The position numbers were made by a program, and so were the translations under genes. The notes under the pieces were generated by a model. The model did no database searches and was not told the DNA's origin. It worked only from the letters and a program-made list of their open reading frames with translations. A DNA stretch of 63,621 bases, filler included, from Candidatus Woesearchaeota archaeon (GTDB taxonomy: Archaea; Nanobdellota; Nanobdellia; Woesearchaeales; B72-G16), in NCBI GenBank assembly GCA_003650545.1. It is 15 parts of 15 records of this genome, joined end to end, with 100 filler letters (N's around TTAATTAATTAA, not from the genome) between each part and the next. Parts side by side here need not be neighbours in the genome. Positions count along the whole stretch, not along the records: positions 18,204 to 22,434 come from QMQO01000077.1; positions 22,535 to 26,758 come from QMQO01000078.1; positions 26,859 to 31,009 come from QMQO01000079.1; 12 more parts are not named here. The stretch is one strand, 5' to 3'. Each line of letters starts with the position of its first letter. Position 1 is the stretch's first letter. Shown here in pieces: positions 20,378 to 31,109 of this stretch.

Positions 20378-21424
20378 ATGAAGAAGCTAAGTTTGGTTTT
20401 TGTTTTGTTTCTAATGACAACAGCATTTGCATGGTGGAATCCAGATTGGAAAAGCAGATTCGTTGTTGAGATAACTTCAAACTATCCAGTAAAAGACTAT
20501 CAGGTGCTGTTGACCTTAGACACACAAACACCAATTTCTGAAGGAAAAATGGCATACAACTGTGAGGATATAAGAGTTGTTGATGAGAATGACAAGAAAT
20601 TACTACCATTTTTCATTCAAGATTGCAATTCTCCAGAAACAAAAATTTGGATAAAGACAGATGTTCCAGAGAAAAAGAAGATTTATGTTTACTTCAACAA
20701 TCCAAAGTGCAAGGAATCTGTAACAAATCCACAAGATGTTTTCATAGTTGCAGACACATTTGACTTATCACAGCTTAACACATCAATATGGCAAATCCAG
20801 AAAACAACATCAGATACTTACACAATACAAGATGGAGTTCTCACAGTAACAGACGATTCAACAGATGGTGTTGATTTTTCAATTAGATCTCTTAAAGTGT
20901 TTCCAGAAGCAACAAGAATAATAGCAACATTCAGAAGAGATTCAGATTTTAGTGGTCAGTCATCAACTGAAAGGATTGCTTTAGGTATGCTTGGTGATTC
21001 TGGATACGCATTGATTCAGTTCCTTTACAACAATCCTTACTTTACAGCAGAAGTTTACAGGGCTTCTGATAGAACAAAAGAAACAGTTACTTGGGATTTC
21101 GGTATGGCAAAGGGAACATCTTATGATGTTGAGATAATAAGGTTAACTGATGATTATTATAGATTTATAATAAACGGAATAAGGCAAGAGATAAAGCCAT
21201 TGAAAATCTCTGGCAACTGGAGTGCTTACTTTACGGTTTCTGGTGCAACAGCATCTCTCTTTGACATCTATGTAACAAAATACATTGAACCAGAGCCAGA
21301 GGCAGTAGTTAAGAAAGAAGAGAGAGCAAGCTTCTTTACAGAGTATGGAACATACATCATAGTCGTTGGTGTGGTAATAGCAAGTGGTCTTTTGCTTGTA
21401 AATCTTTTAGGAGGTAGAGAATGA
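20378..21424 (+). CDS. DUF2341 domain membrane-anchored surface protein
   Basis: Signal peptide; WWNPDWKSR, YQVLLTLDT, CEDIRV and IYVYFNNP; C-terminal TM helix. Confidence 0.8.
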   Translation: MKKLSLVFVLFLMTTAFAWWNPDWKSRFVVEITSNYPVKDYQVLLTLDTQTPISEGKMAYNCEDIRVVDENDKKLLPFFIQDCNSPETKIWIKTDVPEKKKIYVYFNNPKCKESVTNPQDVFIVADTFDLSQLNTSIWQIQKTTSDTYTIQDGVLTVTDDSTDGVDFSIRSLKVFPEATRIIATFRRDSDFSGQSSTERIALGMLGDSGYALIQFLYNNPYFTAEVYRASDRTKETVTWDFGMAKGTSYDVEIIRLTDDYYRFIINGIRQEIKPLKISGNWSAYFTVSGATASLFDIYVTKYIEPEPEAVVKKEERASFFTEYGTYIIVVGVVIASGLLLVNLLGGRE

Positions 21425-22434
21425 GAAGGCTTGCTTTACTTTTTTCTTTTATTTTGTTTTTAGGTTTTAGTTTTGGGTGGTGGAACACTAACTATAGTTA
21501 TAGGTATCCTGTTGAAATTCATTTAGATAAAACACTACCAGCATATACACCAATTAAACTAACGATTAACACACAACATTTACAAGAATATGGTATGATG
21601 AGATCTGATTGTAAGGATTTGGTCATTACTGATATGGATGACAACATTTTGCCCTATTATGTTCTTGAAAAAACATATTGTCAACATGATGAGTTTGATT
21701 TTACTTGCCCTTTATCTAATTATCAATGTGGTGGAAAAGAAACATGGGTATGGGTTGGGTTTCCAAAAGATTTAGATCCTGGAAACTATATAATTTATAT
21801 TTATTTTGGGAATTCAAATGAAACTACTTATAGAATGCAACCAAGAAAGATTTCTCTTGCTTATCATTATTTTACAAGCTGGGATAGTAATCAAGAAGGT
21901 TGGGAAGCAAATACAAGCACATATACAGCTTATTATACTAAAAATTTTATGGCTTCAGAAATAAATAACAGTTTTTTTGTTTTTGATTTTTATATTCCAC
22001 AAGCCTGGTGTCAAACAGGTCAGTATGTAAAACCAATATCTTTGATCTTCTCCAGTCCAGAAGGCTATACAAGTGTTTATCCTTTAGAGTTTACACGAAG
22101 AGAAGAGGGTAATTATTATGTTAAAGTTACAGAGGGTTTAGAAACTTATAATGCTTTAAGTGAAACTTTACAAAATGTTACTGGCTCATTTTCATCAGAA
22201 AAGCATGTGTGTAGTGAGTGGGGATATCAGACTTGGCATGGTCGTTTTTGTTATGCAACATCAGATATATGTTATAGACCTGTTCCTTCTCAATTTTATG
22301 GGGTATTTACCCTGACCCAAACAACTGTAACATATAGAGATACTATTACTATAAATAATGTGTTTGTTTCAAATGTTTATTCTATTAGAATAACAAATCA
22401 TAGAAATAGTGGCTTTAGTTTTTCTTTCTTTTTA
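21421..22434 (+). CDS. DUF2341 domain surface protein, 3' truncated
   Basis: Signal peptide; WWNTNYSYR, DCKDL and IYIYFGN. Confidence 0.75.
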
Positions 22435-22534
22435 NNNNNNNNNNNNNNNNNNNNNNNNNNNNNNNNNNNNNNNNNNNNTTAATTAATTAANNNNNNNNNN
22501 NNNNNNNNNNNNNNNNNNNNNNNNNNNNNNNNNN

Positions 22535-22924
22535 AAGGCCGATGGCGGCATAAAAATATATCCATACAAAAACCTGTTTTCCGGTGATTTTGATTCCATT
22601 TATAACTCCGGGGACAGGAACCCCCGCGATTTCGAGGAAGGTTCACTTCCAACCACCCTTTCTCACTCGCTGCCTATCCTGGAAGAATACAGTATACAAT
22701 GCACGATACCCTGGTACCGATGCCATGTTGGAGTCCACGGTGAACTCCAGGGGTGTACGACAGTTGGTTTTTGCGATCATCCTCAAATGCAAATGGGCAA
22801 CATTCATGAAATAACTTTTGAGGAAGCATGGAAGTCGGAGAGGTGGAAATCGCTGCGGGAACTTACTCTTGCAGGCCGATATGACAATCATCCCGTATGT
22901 CGCCTTTGCCAGGAGTCGATTTAG
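22535..22924 (+). CDS. radical SAM/SPASM protein, C-terminal fragment
   Basis: Manual translation: CTIPW...GELQGC...MGNIHEITFEEAWKS...CRLCQESI*. Confidence 0.75.
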   Translation, partial: KADGGIKIYPYKNLFSGDFDSIYNSGDRNPRDFEEGSLPTTLSHSLPILEEYSIQCTIPWYRCHVGVHGELQGCTTVGFCDHPQMQMGNIHEITFEEAWKSERWKSLRELTLAGRYDNHPVCRLCQESI

Positions 22925-22976
22925 CAGGATACGAACTATACCCTTAAGGACCTGTTGCCCAAAAAGGAAACTATAA

Positions 22977-24128
22977 ATGAATAATTGCCGCATCTGTGGT
23001 TCGCTGTTAGGCGAGCCTGTATATTCTTCCGGCGGGCCGTCAATCTCTTCTGTTCGGACAGTTATCGATGTCCCATTATCGGCATTTCTGTGCCCGGAGT
23101 GCTCCCATACTCAAAAGCCCGCCTTGCAGAACAGCGCAGACTATTACGACAAGAGATATCGTATCTCGCTTACGTCCAAAGATTTTGATCAGGTTTACGA
23201 TGTTGTTGATGGCAAGTGTATTTACAGAACCGACTATCAAAGCGAAGTGATATTGAAAACAACAAGTATTGCGGCCGGTTCTAAAGTGCTTGATTATGGC
23301 GCAGGAAAAGCGTCCACATTAAAAAAAATCACTGCAGCTCGGCCTGATATTGTACCTTATGTTTTTGATGTAAGTGAAGATTATATGGAGTCATGGGGGG
23401 AGTTTTTACCTAAAGACCGCCAGGCTGCTTATCAAATCCCGGAATCGTGGAACAGCACCTTTTCACTCGTAACTGCTCACTTTGTGCTTGAACATGCCGA
23501 GGATCCATGCGAAGTCTTGTCGAATATTTCGCAACTGCTAAGCCCCGACGGAACCCTGTTCTTTTCGGTTCCGAATCTCTTAAGCAATCCCGGTGATTTG
23601 CTGGCGGTGGATCATGTCAACCATTATTCATTTGATTCCATTAATGTTGCATTGGCAAGAGCCAATCTGACTCTTGTGAGTGTGGATGAGAACATCTTTA
23701 GAGGCGCGATTATATGTGTTGCCAAACGCAAGGCATCGCCAACAGCGGACACCCGCAGGGATGGCGGTAAATGTAAGGATGAAATTGAGCGTATTGCAGT
23801 ATTCTGGTCGAGATTTGATCGGCTGTTGGAAGAAGCTGCAAGTCTATATACAAACGTTCCTTCGGCAATCTATGGAGCGGGTCTATATGGCACATATATC
23901 GCCTCAAAGATCGCCGGGCGAGTTTCATGTGAGTGTTTTTTGGACAAGAGCCCTCATCTTATAGGCGGCGAGCACATGGGATTGCCGATTAAGGCTCCCT
24001 GCGATCTCCCCTCAAACATACGGGTAATGTATGCAGGCCTCAACCCTAATATTGCCCGCAGCGCGCTTGATCTTTACAAAACACGTGGAATAGAGAACAT
24101 TATCTATTTTGACGACGGGGAATCTTAG
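22977..24128 (+). CDS. class I SAM-dependent methyltransferase (NDP-sugar C-methyltransferase-like)
   Basis: N-terminal CRIC...CPEC zinc site; VLDYGAG, HFVLEH and AIYGAG. Confidence 0.8.
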   Translation: MNNCRICGSLLGEPVYSSGGPSISSVRTVIDVPLSAFLCPECSHTQKPALQNSADYYDKRYRISLTSKDFDQVYDVVDGKCIYRTDYQSEVILKTTSIAAGSKVLDYGAGKASTLKKITAARPDIVPYVFDVSEDYMESWGEFLPKDRQAAYQIPESWNSTFSLVTAHFVLEHAEDPCEVLSNISQLLSPDGTLFFSVPNLLSNPGDLLAVDHVNHYSFDSINVALARANLTLVSVDENIFRGAIICVAKRKASPTADTRRDGGKCKDEIERIAVFWSRFDRLLEEAASLYTNVPSAIYGAGLYGTYIASKIAGRVSCECFLDKSPHLIGGEHMGLPIKAPCDLPSNIRVMYAGLNPNIARSALDLYKTRGIENIIYFDDGES

Positions 24129-24202
24129 TATGCTCGATATGCACACTCTTCGATCGGAAAGACGAAGGGTGAGCATACTGCCACATTGAGAGGAAAGCGT
24201 CA

Positions 24203-24892
24203 ATGCGAATAGGTGTCGTATTATCCAGTGGGGGCAGCGCCTTTGCTCAAGTAAGCAAAATGCTCGCAAACATTCCCGCCAAAGAGCATGACTTCGTAGT
24301 CGTTACGGACAGAGAGTGCGGTGCGGAGGACTTTTGCATCGCCAACCATGTCAAGCATCAACGAATTCAATGGACAAACAACAAGGATTTTTCCGTCGCC
24401 GCCGCGAAATATTTCAAAGAATCCGAGGTGGATTACGTTATATTGTTCTTCTCACGTTTGGTGACGGCCGAACTTTATCGAACTCTTCCCGCATTTAACG
24501 TTCATCCGGCCCTTTTGCCCGCGTTCAAAGGAATCAATGCAGTTGAGAGAGCCTGGAAATCGGATGTTCGCTTTTTCGGTACGACTCTGCATCTTGTTGA
24601 CGAGACTGTTGACGGCGGGGCTATCGTCGCCCAGGTTATCATTCCAGTGCTGCCGGAGTACACTTTGGAAATGATGCATAAGCTCTCCTATATCCAGAAG
24701 GTGTACGTCTTCCTGCTCTTTATAGAACTCATCGAGACCGGCGCCTTGATAGTCTCCGAGGACTACCTCAGGATAGAAATCCGCCGCGATTTATCCTGTA
24801 CGGATCGTTCCAATCCCTGCCTGCTCGACCCACAATTTCTGGAAGCCTTTATGGAATTCCAGCGCCAGGAGGGATTAGAGGTGGTTATATGA
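24203..24892 (+). CDS. formyltransferase (PurN-like, probable sugar N-formyltransferase)
   Basis: NVHPALLPAFKG and GTTLHLVDETVDGG; lies in a polysaccharide cluster. Confidence 0.8.
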   Translation: MRIGVVLSSGGSAFAQVSKMLANIPAKEHDFVVVTDRECGAEDFCIANHVKHQRIQWTNNKDFSVAAAKYFKESEVDYVILFFSRLVTAELYRTLPAFNVHPALLPAFKGINAVERAWKSDVRFFGTTLHLVDETVDGGAIVAQVIIPVLPEYTLEMMHKLSYIQKVYVFLLFIELIETGALIVSEDYLRIEIRRDLSCTDRSNPCLLDPQFLEAFMEFQRQEGLEVVI

Positions 24893-25614
24893 CGGCAATC
24901 GTCATTTCTCAGTCCATGTTATTTCCGTGGGTGGGCATGTTGGAGCAGGTTATGTTATCCGACATCTTCGTACATTATGATGATGTTCAGTATTCTAAGG
25001 GCAGTTTCGTCAATCGCGTTCAAATCAAAACAGTACATGGCATACGGTGGATGACTGTTCCGGTCCGCGGCCTGCACCTGGGCCAGAATATAGACGAAGT
25101 CAAAACGGCGCCCATGTCAGAGTGGCGAGATCGCCATATTGCATTTTTGGAGCAGAGCTTTGATGGCGCTCCTTACGCACACGATGCTTTAAGACTGGTA
25201 AGGGATGTATATTCGGTTGAATACCCGAATCTCAGCGCGATAGCCCGTGCTTCATTGCTATCGCTGGTTGACTACTTCGACATAGGGCGAACCACGCGAT
25301 TTATAGACGTCAAGTCTCTTGAACTTGACGGCGGCAGTTACGAACGTGTTCTTTCTGTGATAAAACACTTTGACGCCGACACCTACATCACCGGACAGGG
25401 CGCATCGCGCTATCTTGACCACAATGTGTTTGAATGCGCCGGCGTTAACATTTTGTATATGAAATATCTTTGCCGGCCTTACCCTCAATTGCATGGCGAT
25501 TTCACACCTTATGTCAGCGGGTTGGATCTTGTCGCAAATTGCGGAAAAGACGGTGTTCGCTATATTTGTCCAAACACCGTCGGCTGGAGGGAATTTATTA
25601 ATGAACGAACATGA
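24889..25614 (+). CDS. WbqC-like protein
   Basis: ISQSMLFPWVG, DDVQYSKGSFVNR, WMTVP and YPQLHGDFTPYVSGLD. Confidence 0.85.
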   Translation: MTAIVISQSMLFPWVGMLEQVMLSDIFVHYDDVQYSKGSFVNRVQIKTVHGIRWMTVPVRGLHLGQNIDEVKTAPMSEWRDRHIAFLEQSFDGAPYAHDALRLVRDVYSVEYPNLSAIARASLLSLVDYFDIGRTTRFIDVKSLELDGGSYERVLSVIKHFDADTYITGQGASRYLDHNVFECAGVNILYMKYLCRPYPQLHGDFTPYVSGLDLVANCGKDGVRYICPNTVGWREFINERT

Positions 25615-26338
25615 GAAATTCAAACACGAGGTCCGAGATAACATTAAATCGTTATCCGGCGACAGTAACCTTCAATCGCTTTCTCGAACCTGGGTTAGAG
25701 ATATATCCCGTCACAAATATGCTTACAATTTCACCTGGCTCGGTCGTCCAATCATACAACTTCCGCAAGATATTATAGCCACACAGGAACTGATTTGGAA
25801 GGTGCGACCCAATCTCATTATCGAAACCGGAATCGCTCACGGAGGTTCATTGATCTTTAGTGCTTCGATGCTTCAACTTATCGGCGGAGAAGGGAAAGTC
25901 GTCGGGATTGACATTGACATCAGGGAGCACAACCGTGTCGAGATAGAAAAGCATCCCATGTCCAGGCGCATCACGATGATTGAAGGCTCATCGATTGACG
26001 AGACTGTAGTAAGGCAGGTTTATGAATTCGCCAGGGGCAAAGAGCGGATTCTTGTCTTTCTCGATTCCAACCATACTCACGAACACGTCTTCAAAGAGAT
26101 GGAGTTGTATTCGCCCCTGGTCAGGAAGGGGGGCTATCTTGTCGTGTTCGACACTGCGGTGGAGGATATGCCGGACGACTTCTTTGCGGACCGCCCCTGG
26201 GGCAAGGGCGACAATCCGAAAACTGCTGTGTGGGAATTCATGAAGACAAACGACCGCTTTGAAATCGACAAGGAGATTGAGAACAAACTTCTAATAACCG
26301 TTGCGCCGGATGGCTACCTAAAGTGCATAAAGGACTGA
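25601..26338 (+). CDS. cephalosporin hydroxylase (CmcI)/rhamnosyl O-methyltransferase family
   Basis: WLGRPIIQLPQD, IIETGIAHGGS, LDSNHTHEHV and WGKGDNPKTAV; ATG at 25601. Confidence 0.88.
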   Translation: MNEHEKFKHEVRDNIKSLSGDSNLQSLSRTWVRDISRHKYAYNFTWLGRPIIQLPQDIIATQELIWKVRPNLIIETGIAHGGSLIFSASMLQLIGGEGKVVGIDIDIREHNRVEIEKHPMSRRITMIEGSSIDETVVRQVYEFARGKERILVFLDSNHTHEHVFKEMELYSPLVRKGGYLVVFDTAVEDMPDDFFADRPWGKGDNPKTAVWEFMKTNDRFEIDKEIENKLLITVAPDGYLKCIKD

Positions 26339-26340
26339 TC

Positions 26341-26758
26341 ATGGATCGCATACCTGTCTCCGGACCCTGGATAACGCAGAAAGAGATTGACTACGTCGCC
26401 GACGCCGTGACGAACGCCTGGTACGGCAACGCCAACATGTATCATGCGCAGTTCGAGAAGGCATTCGCTGATTACGTCGGCGTTCGGCACGCCATATCCC
26501 TTCCTTCCTGCACCTCGGCCATTCATTTGTCGCTGGCGGCCATAGGCGTCGGTCCGGGAGACGAGGTTATCGTGCCCGATATTACCTGGATCGCCTCGGC
26601 CGCTCCCGTCAGTTATGTGGGCGCGACGACCGTTTTTGCCGACGTCGATTCCGCCAGTTGGTGTCTTAGCGCCGAAGCGTTTGAGGAGTGTATTACGCCA
26701 AAGACGAAAGCCGTGATTCCCGTGGATATTTATGGAAACATGCCGGACATGGATGCTA
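26341..26758 (+). CDS. DegT/DnrJ/EryC1/StrS aminotransferase (perosamine synthetase-like), 3' truncated
   Basis: SCTSAIHL, GPGDEVIVP and TPKTKAVIPVD. Confidence 0.88.
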
Positions 26759-26858
26759 NNNNNNNNNNNNNNNNNNNNNNNNNNNNNNNNNNNNNNNNNN
26801 NNTTAATTAATTAANNNNNNNNNNNNNNNNNNNNNNNNNNNNNNNNNNNNNNNNNNNN

Positions 26859-28299
26859 CCTTTCCCCTCTCCCTATCTGGAGTATCCACTACCGCCGATT
26901 CGAGCACAGCAGGGTGCTCATTTAGTGCCGCCTCAACTTCACCTCCAGGTATCTTGTAGCCCGCAGTAACAATAATATCATCTGAGCGACCCTTGTACCA
27001 AAAATAGCCGTCCTCATCCTGCAAAAACACAATGCCAGGCCTGTTCCATCCTTTGAACTTACTGGTCAATGGGCAAACGCCCTCTTTTTGTTTATCAGGT
27101 CTGCGCCAATAAGTTTGACCCACAGGACCTCTAACGATTAATTCTCCCACAGTGCCCCGAGAGACCTCTTCAAAATTCTCATTGACAATTTTATTTTCAA
27201 AGCCGGGCACCGATATTCCTGTAGAACCCAATTTTTCCTCATCCATGCCTTCGAAAGTAGATAGCCAGTACATGAGGTCCCCTGACCCAAGAGAGTCAAT
27301 GATCGTCACTCCAAACCGCCTTTTCCATTCTCTCGCCGTCTCACCAGGCAACCATTCTCCCGCACTTTGACAAAGTCTTAGTGAGCTAAGGTTGTATTTT
27401 TTCTCTGCATCCTCTACAGCGAGCATCATATTGAAGGCGGTAGGCACAGCGAAAAGCATACTAATTTTATGTTCTTGGACCAATCTGAATTGCTCTTCTG
27501 GTCTAAATCGAGAAATAATGGAAAGAGATGCGCCAAATCGCCAGGGATACATAGTGAAGTTTACGGAACCAAATGCAAAAGTGAAATAAGGATGTCCTCC
27601 CAAAATATCGTCTTCCCTTATTTTGAGGACATGTCTGCCATGGGTATCAGTAGCGGCCATAACTCCCTCTAGTGTTGTGAGAATGCCTTTAGGCCATCCT
27701 GTAGTACCCGAACTGTAAATTATCCGTGCATAATCATCCCTTGAGCAAATTTCACTCTCGGCTTCAGAAGACTGCGCTTGCAGCAAATCGGCATAATTCA
27801 GAGTGCCAGGAATCTTATTCCCTAGAACAATCACATACTTGAGAGCTGGGCATTGAGGCAACGCCCTTCTTACGTCCTCATAGAAATCCGCATGCACACA
27901 AATAGCTACAGCTTCAGTATCATTGGCCTTAAAAGCAACTTCTTCATATCGATTTAGATGATTTACCAAAACAGGGATAGCTCCGATGCGCCAGCAAGCA
28001 AAATTCCATATAATATACTCTGGGACGTTGGGAGATCTGAGCATTACCCGATCATTCTTCTCGATCCCTAGTTCTCTCAGGGCATTAGCGAACTGATTTA
28101 CCATTGCTTGAAGATTTCGATATGTAATTCTTTTATCTTCGAAATAAATAGCGATCTTGTCTGGATTTTTTCGAACATTCGCATCCAGCAATACTTCGGC
28201 CAAGTTGAATGTTTCGGGATAATTAAGTTCAGGGAGCAGCCTGACAATTTCAGGTAAATATTCTGCTGGTGGTAAATACTCGACTGGAATACGTGCCAT
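26859..28299 (-). CDS. acyl-CoA ligase, benzoate/2-aminobenzoate-CoA ligase-like, 3' truncated
   Basis: YSSGTTGWPKG, FTFAFG, SAGE and GRSDDIIVTAGYKI; start MARIP after an AAGGAG SD. Confidence 0.8.
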
Positions 28300-28373
28300 A
28301 ATCCCAACTCCTTTCGTTCTACAATACTTTCTGAAATCCAACTAATCGATATGTTTCCTTTTGAAAATCTATA

Positions 28374-29207
28374 TCAAAAAAGCAGCTCAAAGCTGGTGCT
28401 TATAGAATCTAATGAGAATACCGGGCCGTCCAAACACACCCTTTTTTGACCAATCATGCAATGTCCACACATCCCCATTCCACACTGCATCCGTCTTTCT
28501 AGAGACATCAGCACCTGCTTCTCATTGAATCCCATATGGGCAAGTTTTTCGCTAGCAACCTTCATCATAATGCTAGGTCCGCACAGCACCGCTACCGTCT
28601 CAGCTGGTTCAATTTGTATATCATCTATAAAATCAGTTACTACCCCAACATGCCCCTTCCAACTCGCATCGGGATTCTCCACAGCCAAAAAAATTTCTAT
28701 GCCAATCTTTTGTGCCACTTCTCTGTCAAAAAGATCTGTCCCTTTGTATATCAAGTCGTCTTGACTACTCGCTCCGTGTAGTAAAATCATTTTCCCATAC
28801 CGGCTTCTTTCCTCTATTAGTTTGTCAATGAGGTACTTGACTGCAGCTAGACCTACGCCCCCCGTGACCATAAAAATGTTTTTTCCCTTCATCTGATTCA
28901 AAGGGAATCCATTTCCAAATGGTCCCCTAACACCAATAATTGAACCGATACTCAAGGTTGCAACTTGGCTAGTAACCCTTCCACTCTGTTTAATGGTAAT
29001 TCTGATGCGCTTCTTTGTAGCCCCGTCAACCCCCGCAATACTCACTGGGAACTCACCATAACCGAATATTGTAACTTCTATGAACTGCCCCGGTACGCCA
29101 TGTATCGATTCCTTGCTTTTTAAGGAAACAATTAGTGTTCTTATATTCCTTGTTTCTTCCTCAATAGCTTCCACCACTGCCAGTTTTGGTAAAAACGGAT
29201 TTTTCAT
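28374..29207 (-). CDS. FAD/NAD-binding 2Fe-2S subunit (sulfhydrogenase gamma/AsrB-like)
   Basis: PGQF, RGPFGNGF, GGVGLA, CGP and ERRMQCGMGMCGHC...VCLDGPVF. Confidence 0.88.
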   Translation of the reverse strand: MKNPFLPKLAVVEAIEEETRNIRTLIVSLKSKESIHGVPGQFIEVTIFGYGEFPVSIAGVDGATKKRIRITIKQSGRVTSQVATLSIGSIIGVRGPFGNGFPLNQMKGKNIFMVTGGVGLAAVKYLIDKLIEERSRYGKMILLHGASSQDDLIYKGTDLFDREVAQKIGIEIFLAVENPDASWKGHVGVVTDFIDDIQIEPAETVAVLCGPSIMMKVASEKLAHMGFNEKQVLMSLERRMQCGMGMCGHCMIGQKRVCLDGPVFSLDSISTSFELLF

Positions 29208-30259
29208 TTAACTCCCCCCAATTTATTTAGAGCGTCACGAATATCTATGTGAGAAGGGCAAAACTCCAAGCATCGCCCACAGCCTACACAAAATATTCTT
29301 CCATACCTCATTGGGTCGTAATAATATTTATCATAGAGCCTATGTTTAAACCTTGATTCCTTTTCCCCCCTCACATTGATATTTCCAGCCATTAGCGCAA
29401 ACCTCTCAAAATGGCACGAATCCCATACTAGAATTCTTTTACCCCTCGTTTGGTCAAAATTTGTTTTATCAACAATGCTGAAACAATGACATGTTGGACA
29501 TACCATATTACAAGAGCCACATGTGACGCACTTAGAGGAGAACTCATCCCATAGGCTATCATCATATTTCTCCTCCATAACACGTTGGGCAGTATCTACG
29601 TGAAGCCCGGGTCCAAGCTCCTTAGCAACTCTTTTTACTTCCTCTGATCTACGATCTCTATCTCCTTCGGTAGGTTCCATGAAGTAATTCGCGGATATTA
29701 GCCTATCACCCAATTCTGTACCCGATCTGAAATAAAATCTGTCGCCGATGTCCGTCAGAAGCAAATCATACCCCTCCTCAATGTCTGGTCCAGAGCCTAC
29801 TAAGTTACAAAAGCATGACCCTTTTGGCTCCGTACACGTCATCCCTATGATCGCCGTTCTTTGTCTTTTCGAGTTATAATATTCTTCTTCGAAAGGCTCC
29901 TCTCTAAAGACCCTGTCAAGGCATAAAAGCGCAGCAATATCACAGGGGTGAAGGCCAACGATAGCAATGTCTTTGCCCCATTTATCTCGCAAATCTACCA
30001 GCTTAATGTCAGCTCCAACCTTTTCATATCCGTAAAGTTCTTGGTTATCAGGGAAAAAGACCATCTTTGGCGAAAGCATAGAAAATTTGTAATCCATCTC
30101 TAAGTCGTCCAAATCTTCAATCTCATCAAAACAGGCATATGAATAAGTTGCTGTTCCACCTCCCTTTCTTGTTGGCCCAATCACCTTAAAATTTGCTTTA
30201 AGGTCCTCTAGAAACTTTTGAAAATTGACTTTTAGGAGAATTTTTTCCATCTCACTCAC
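29204..30259 (-). CDS. 4Fe-4S subunit (sulfhydrogenase beta/AsrA-like)
   Basis: HPCD, CFC, CVTCGSCNMVCPTCHCF, WDSC and CVGCGRCLEFCP. Confidence 0.88.
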   Translation of the reverse strand: MSEMEKILLKVNFQKFLEDLKANFKVIGPTRKGGGTATYSYACFDEIEDLDDLEMDYKFSMLSPKMVFFPDNQELYGYEKVGADIKLVDLRDKWGKDIAIVGLHPCDIAALLCLDRVFREEPFEEEYYNSKRQRTAIIGMTCTEPKGSCFCNLVGSGPDIEEGYDLLLTDIGDRFYFRSGTELGDRLISANYFMEPTEGDRDRRSEEVKRVAKELGPGLHVDTAQRVMEEKYDDSLWDEFSSKCVTCGSCNMVCPTCHCFSIVDKTNFDQTRGKRILVWDSCHFERFALMAGNINVRGEKESRFKHRLYDKYYYDPMRYGRIFCVGCGRCLEFCPSHIDIRDALNKLGGVK

Positions 30260-31008
30260 TCCTTTTCTGACGCCTTATATATTTTACATGGATATCCTCT
30301 AAGCGTTACAGAGCCAGTAGCATAGTCCCAAGGTGGGCGGTAATCAGTCAAAAGATTCATGTTCGCGTCCTCGTACCCCCAATCTCCCCACCCAAATTCG
30401 ACGTTCACAGTCTTTGGGTCCATACCTTCCTGTACGCCAACCCTTTGCTTTATCTTGCCCATATAAGTCTCAACAAACATCCAATCTCCCTCTCTGAGGT
30501 TATATTCTCTAGCCGTCTCAGGACTTATATACGCCGTAGGTGGTAACGATTTCCTTCCTAAAAGATTTATATTTCTATATCCCGACAACATAAATATTTC
30601 GCTCTTATAATCGGTCATAATCAAAGGATATTCCTTACTAAGGTCGAACTGGTCCATCAGGGGCTTTTTTAGCTGTTCAAAACTGGGAAGGGGCTCAACC
30701 TTAGATTTCTCTAAGGTTTCGCAATATAACTCTACCTTGCCAGATGGCGTATCGTAACCTATCACCTTCTCTGGATCATACTTACTTCTGCCATGGAGAT
30801 ATGTGATCTCATCTCGGAATTTTTTCCAGCTAACACCTAGAGGCTTAACCATGTAATCCATGGCCTGCTCTTCGCTGTCCCAAAAAAACTCCCCCAACCC
30901 GACCCTCTTGGCAAGTTCGTTAATAATCTTGATATCTGGCCAAGCTTCTCCAGGAGGATCTACAAGTTTTCTGTTAGCCCTTACCCCTGCGAACCAAGCT
31001 GGCCAATA
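30256..31008 (-). CDS. molybdopterin (Mo/W-bisPGD) oxidoreductase, C-terminal part, acetylene hydratase-like
   Basis: PPGEAWPD, TPSGKVEL, YPLIMT, ISPETA...EGDWMFVET and ANMNLLT; frame open to the contig end. Confidence 0.8.
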   Translation of the reverse strand, partial: YWPAWFAGVRANRKLVDPPGEAWPDIKIINELAKRVGLGEFFWDSEEQAMDYMVKPLGVSWKKFRDEITYLHGRSKYDPEKVIGYDTPSGKVELYCETLEKSKVEPLPSFEQLKKPLMDQFDLSKEYPLIMTDYKSEIFMLSGYRNINLLGRKSLPPTAYISPETAREYNLREGDWMFVETYMGKIKQRVGVQEGMDPKTVNVEFGWGDWGYEDANMNLLTDYRPPWDYATGSVTLRGYPCKIYKASEKE

Positions 31009-31109
31009 ANNNNNNNNNNNNNNNNNNNNNNNNNNNNNNNNNNNNNNNNNNNNTTAATTAATTAANNNNNNNNNNNNNNNNNNNNNNNNNNNNNNNNNNN
31101 NNNNNNNNN

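Noticed and set aside
18204..22434. Diversity-generating retroelement acting on the DUF2341 genes
   Set aside because: No reverse transcriptase and no template/variable repeat pair with adenine-specific mismatches was seen.
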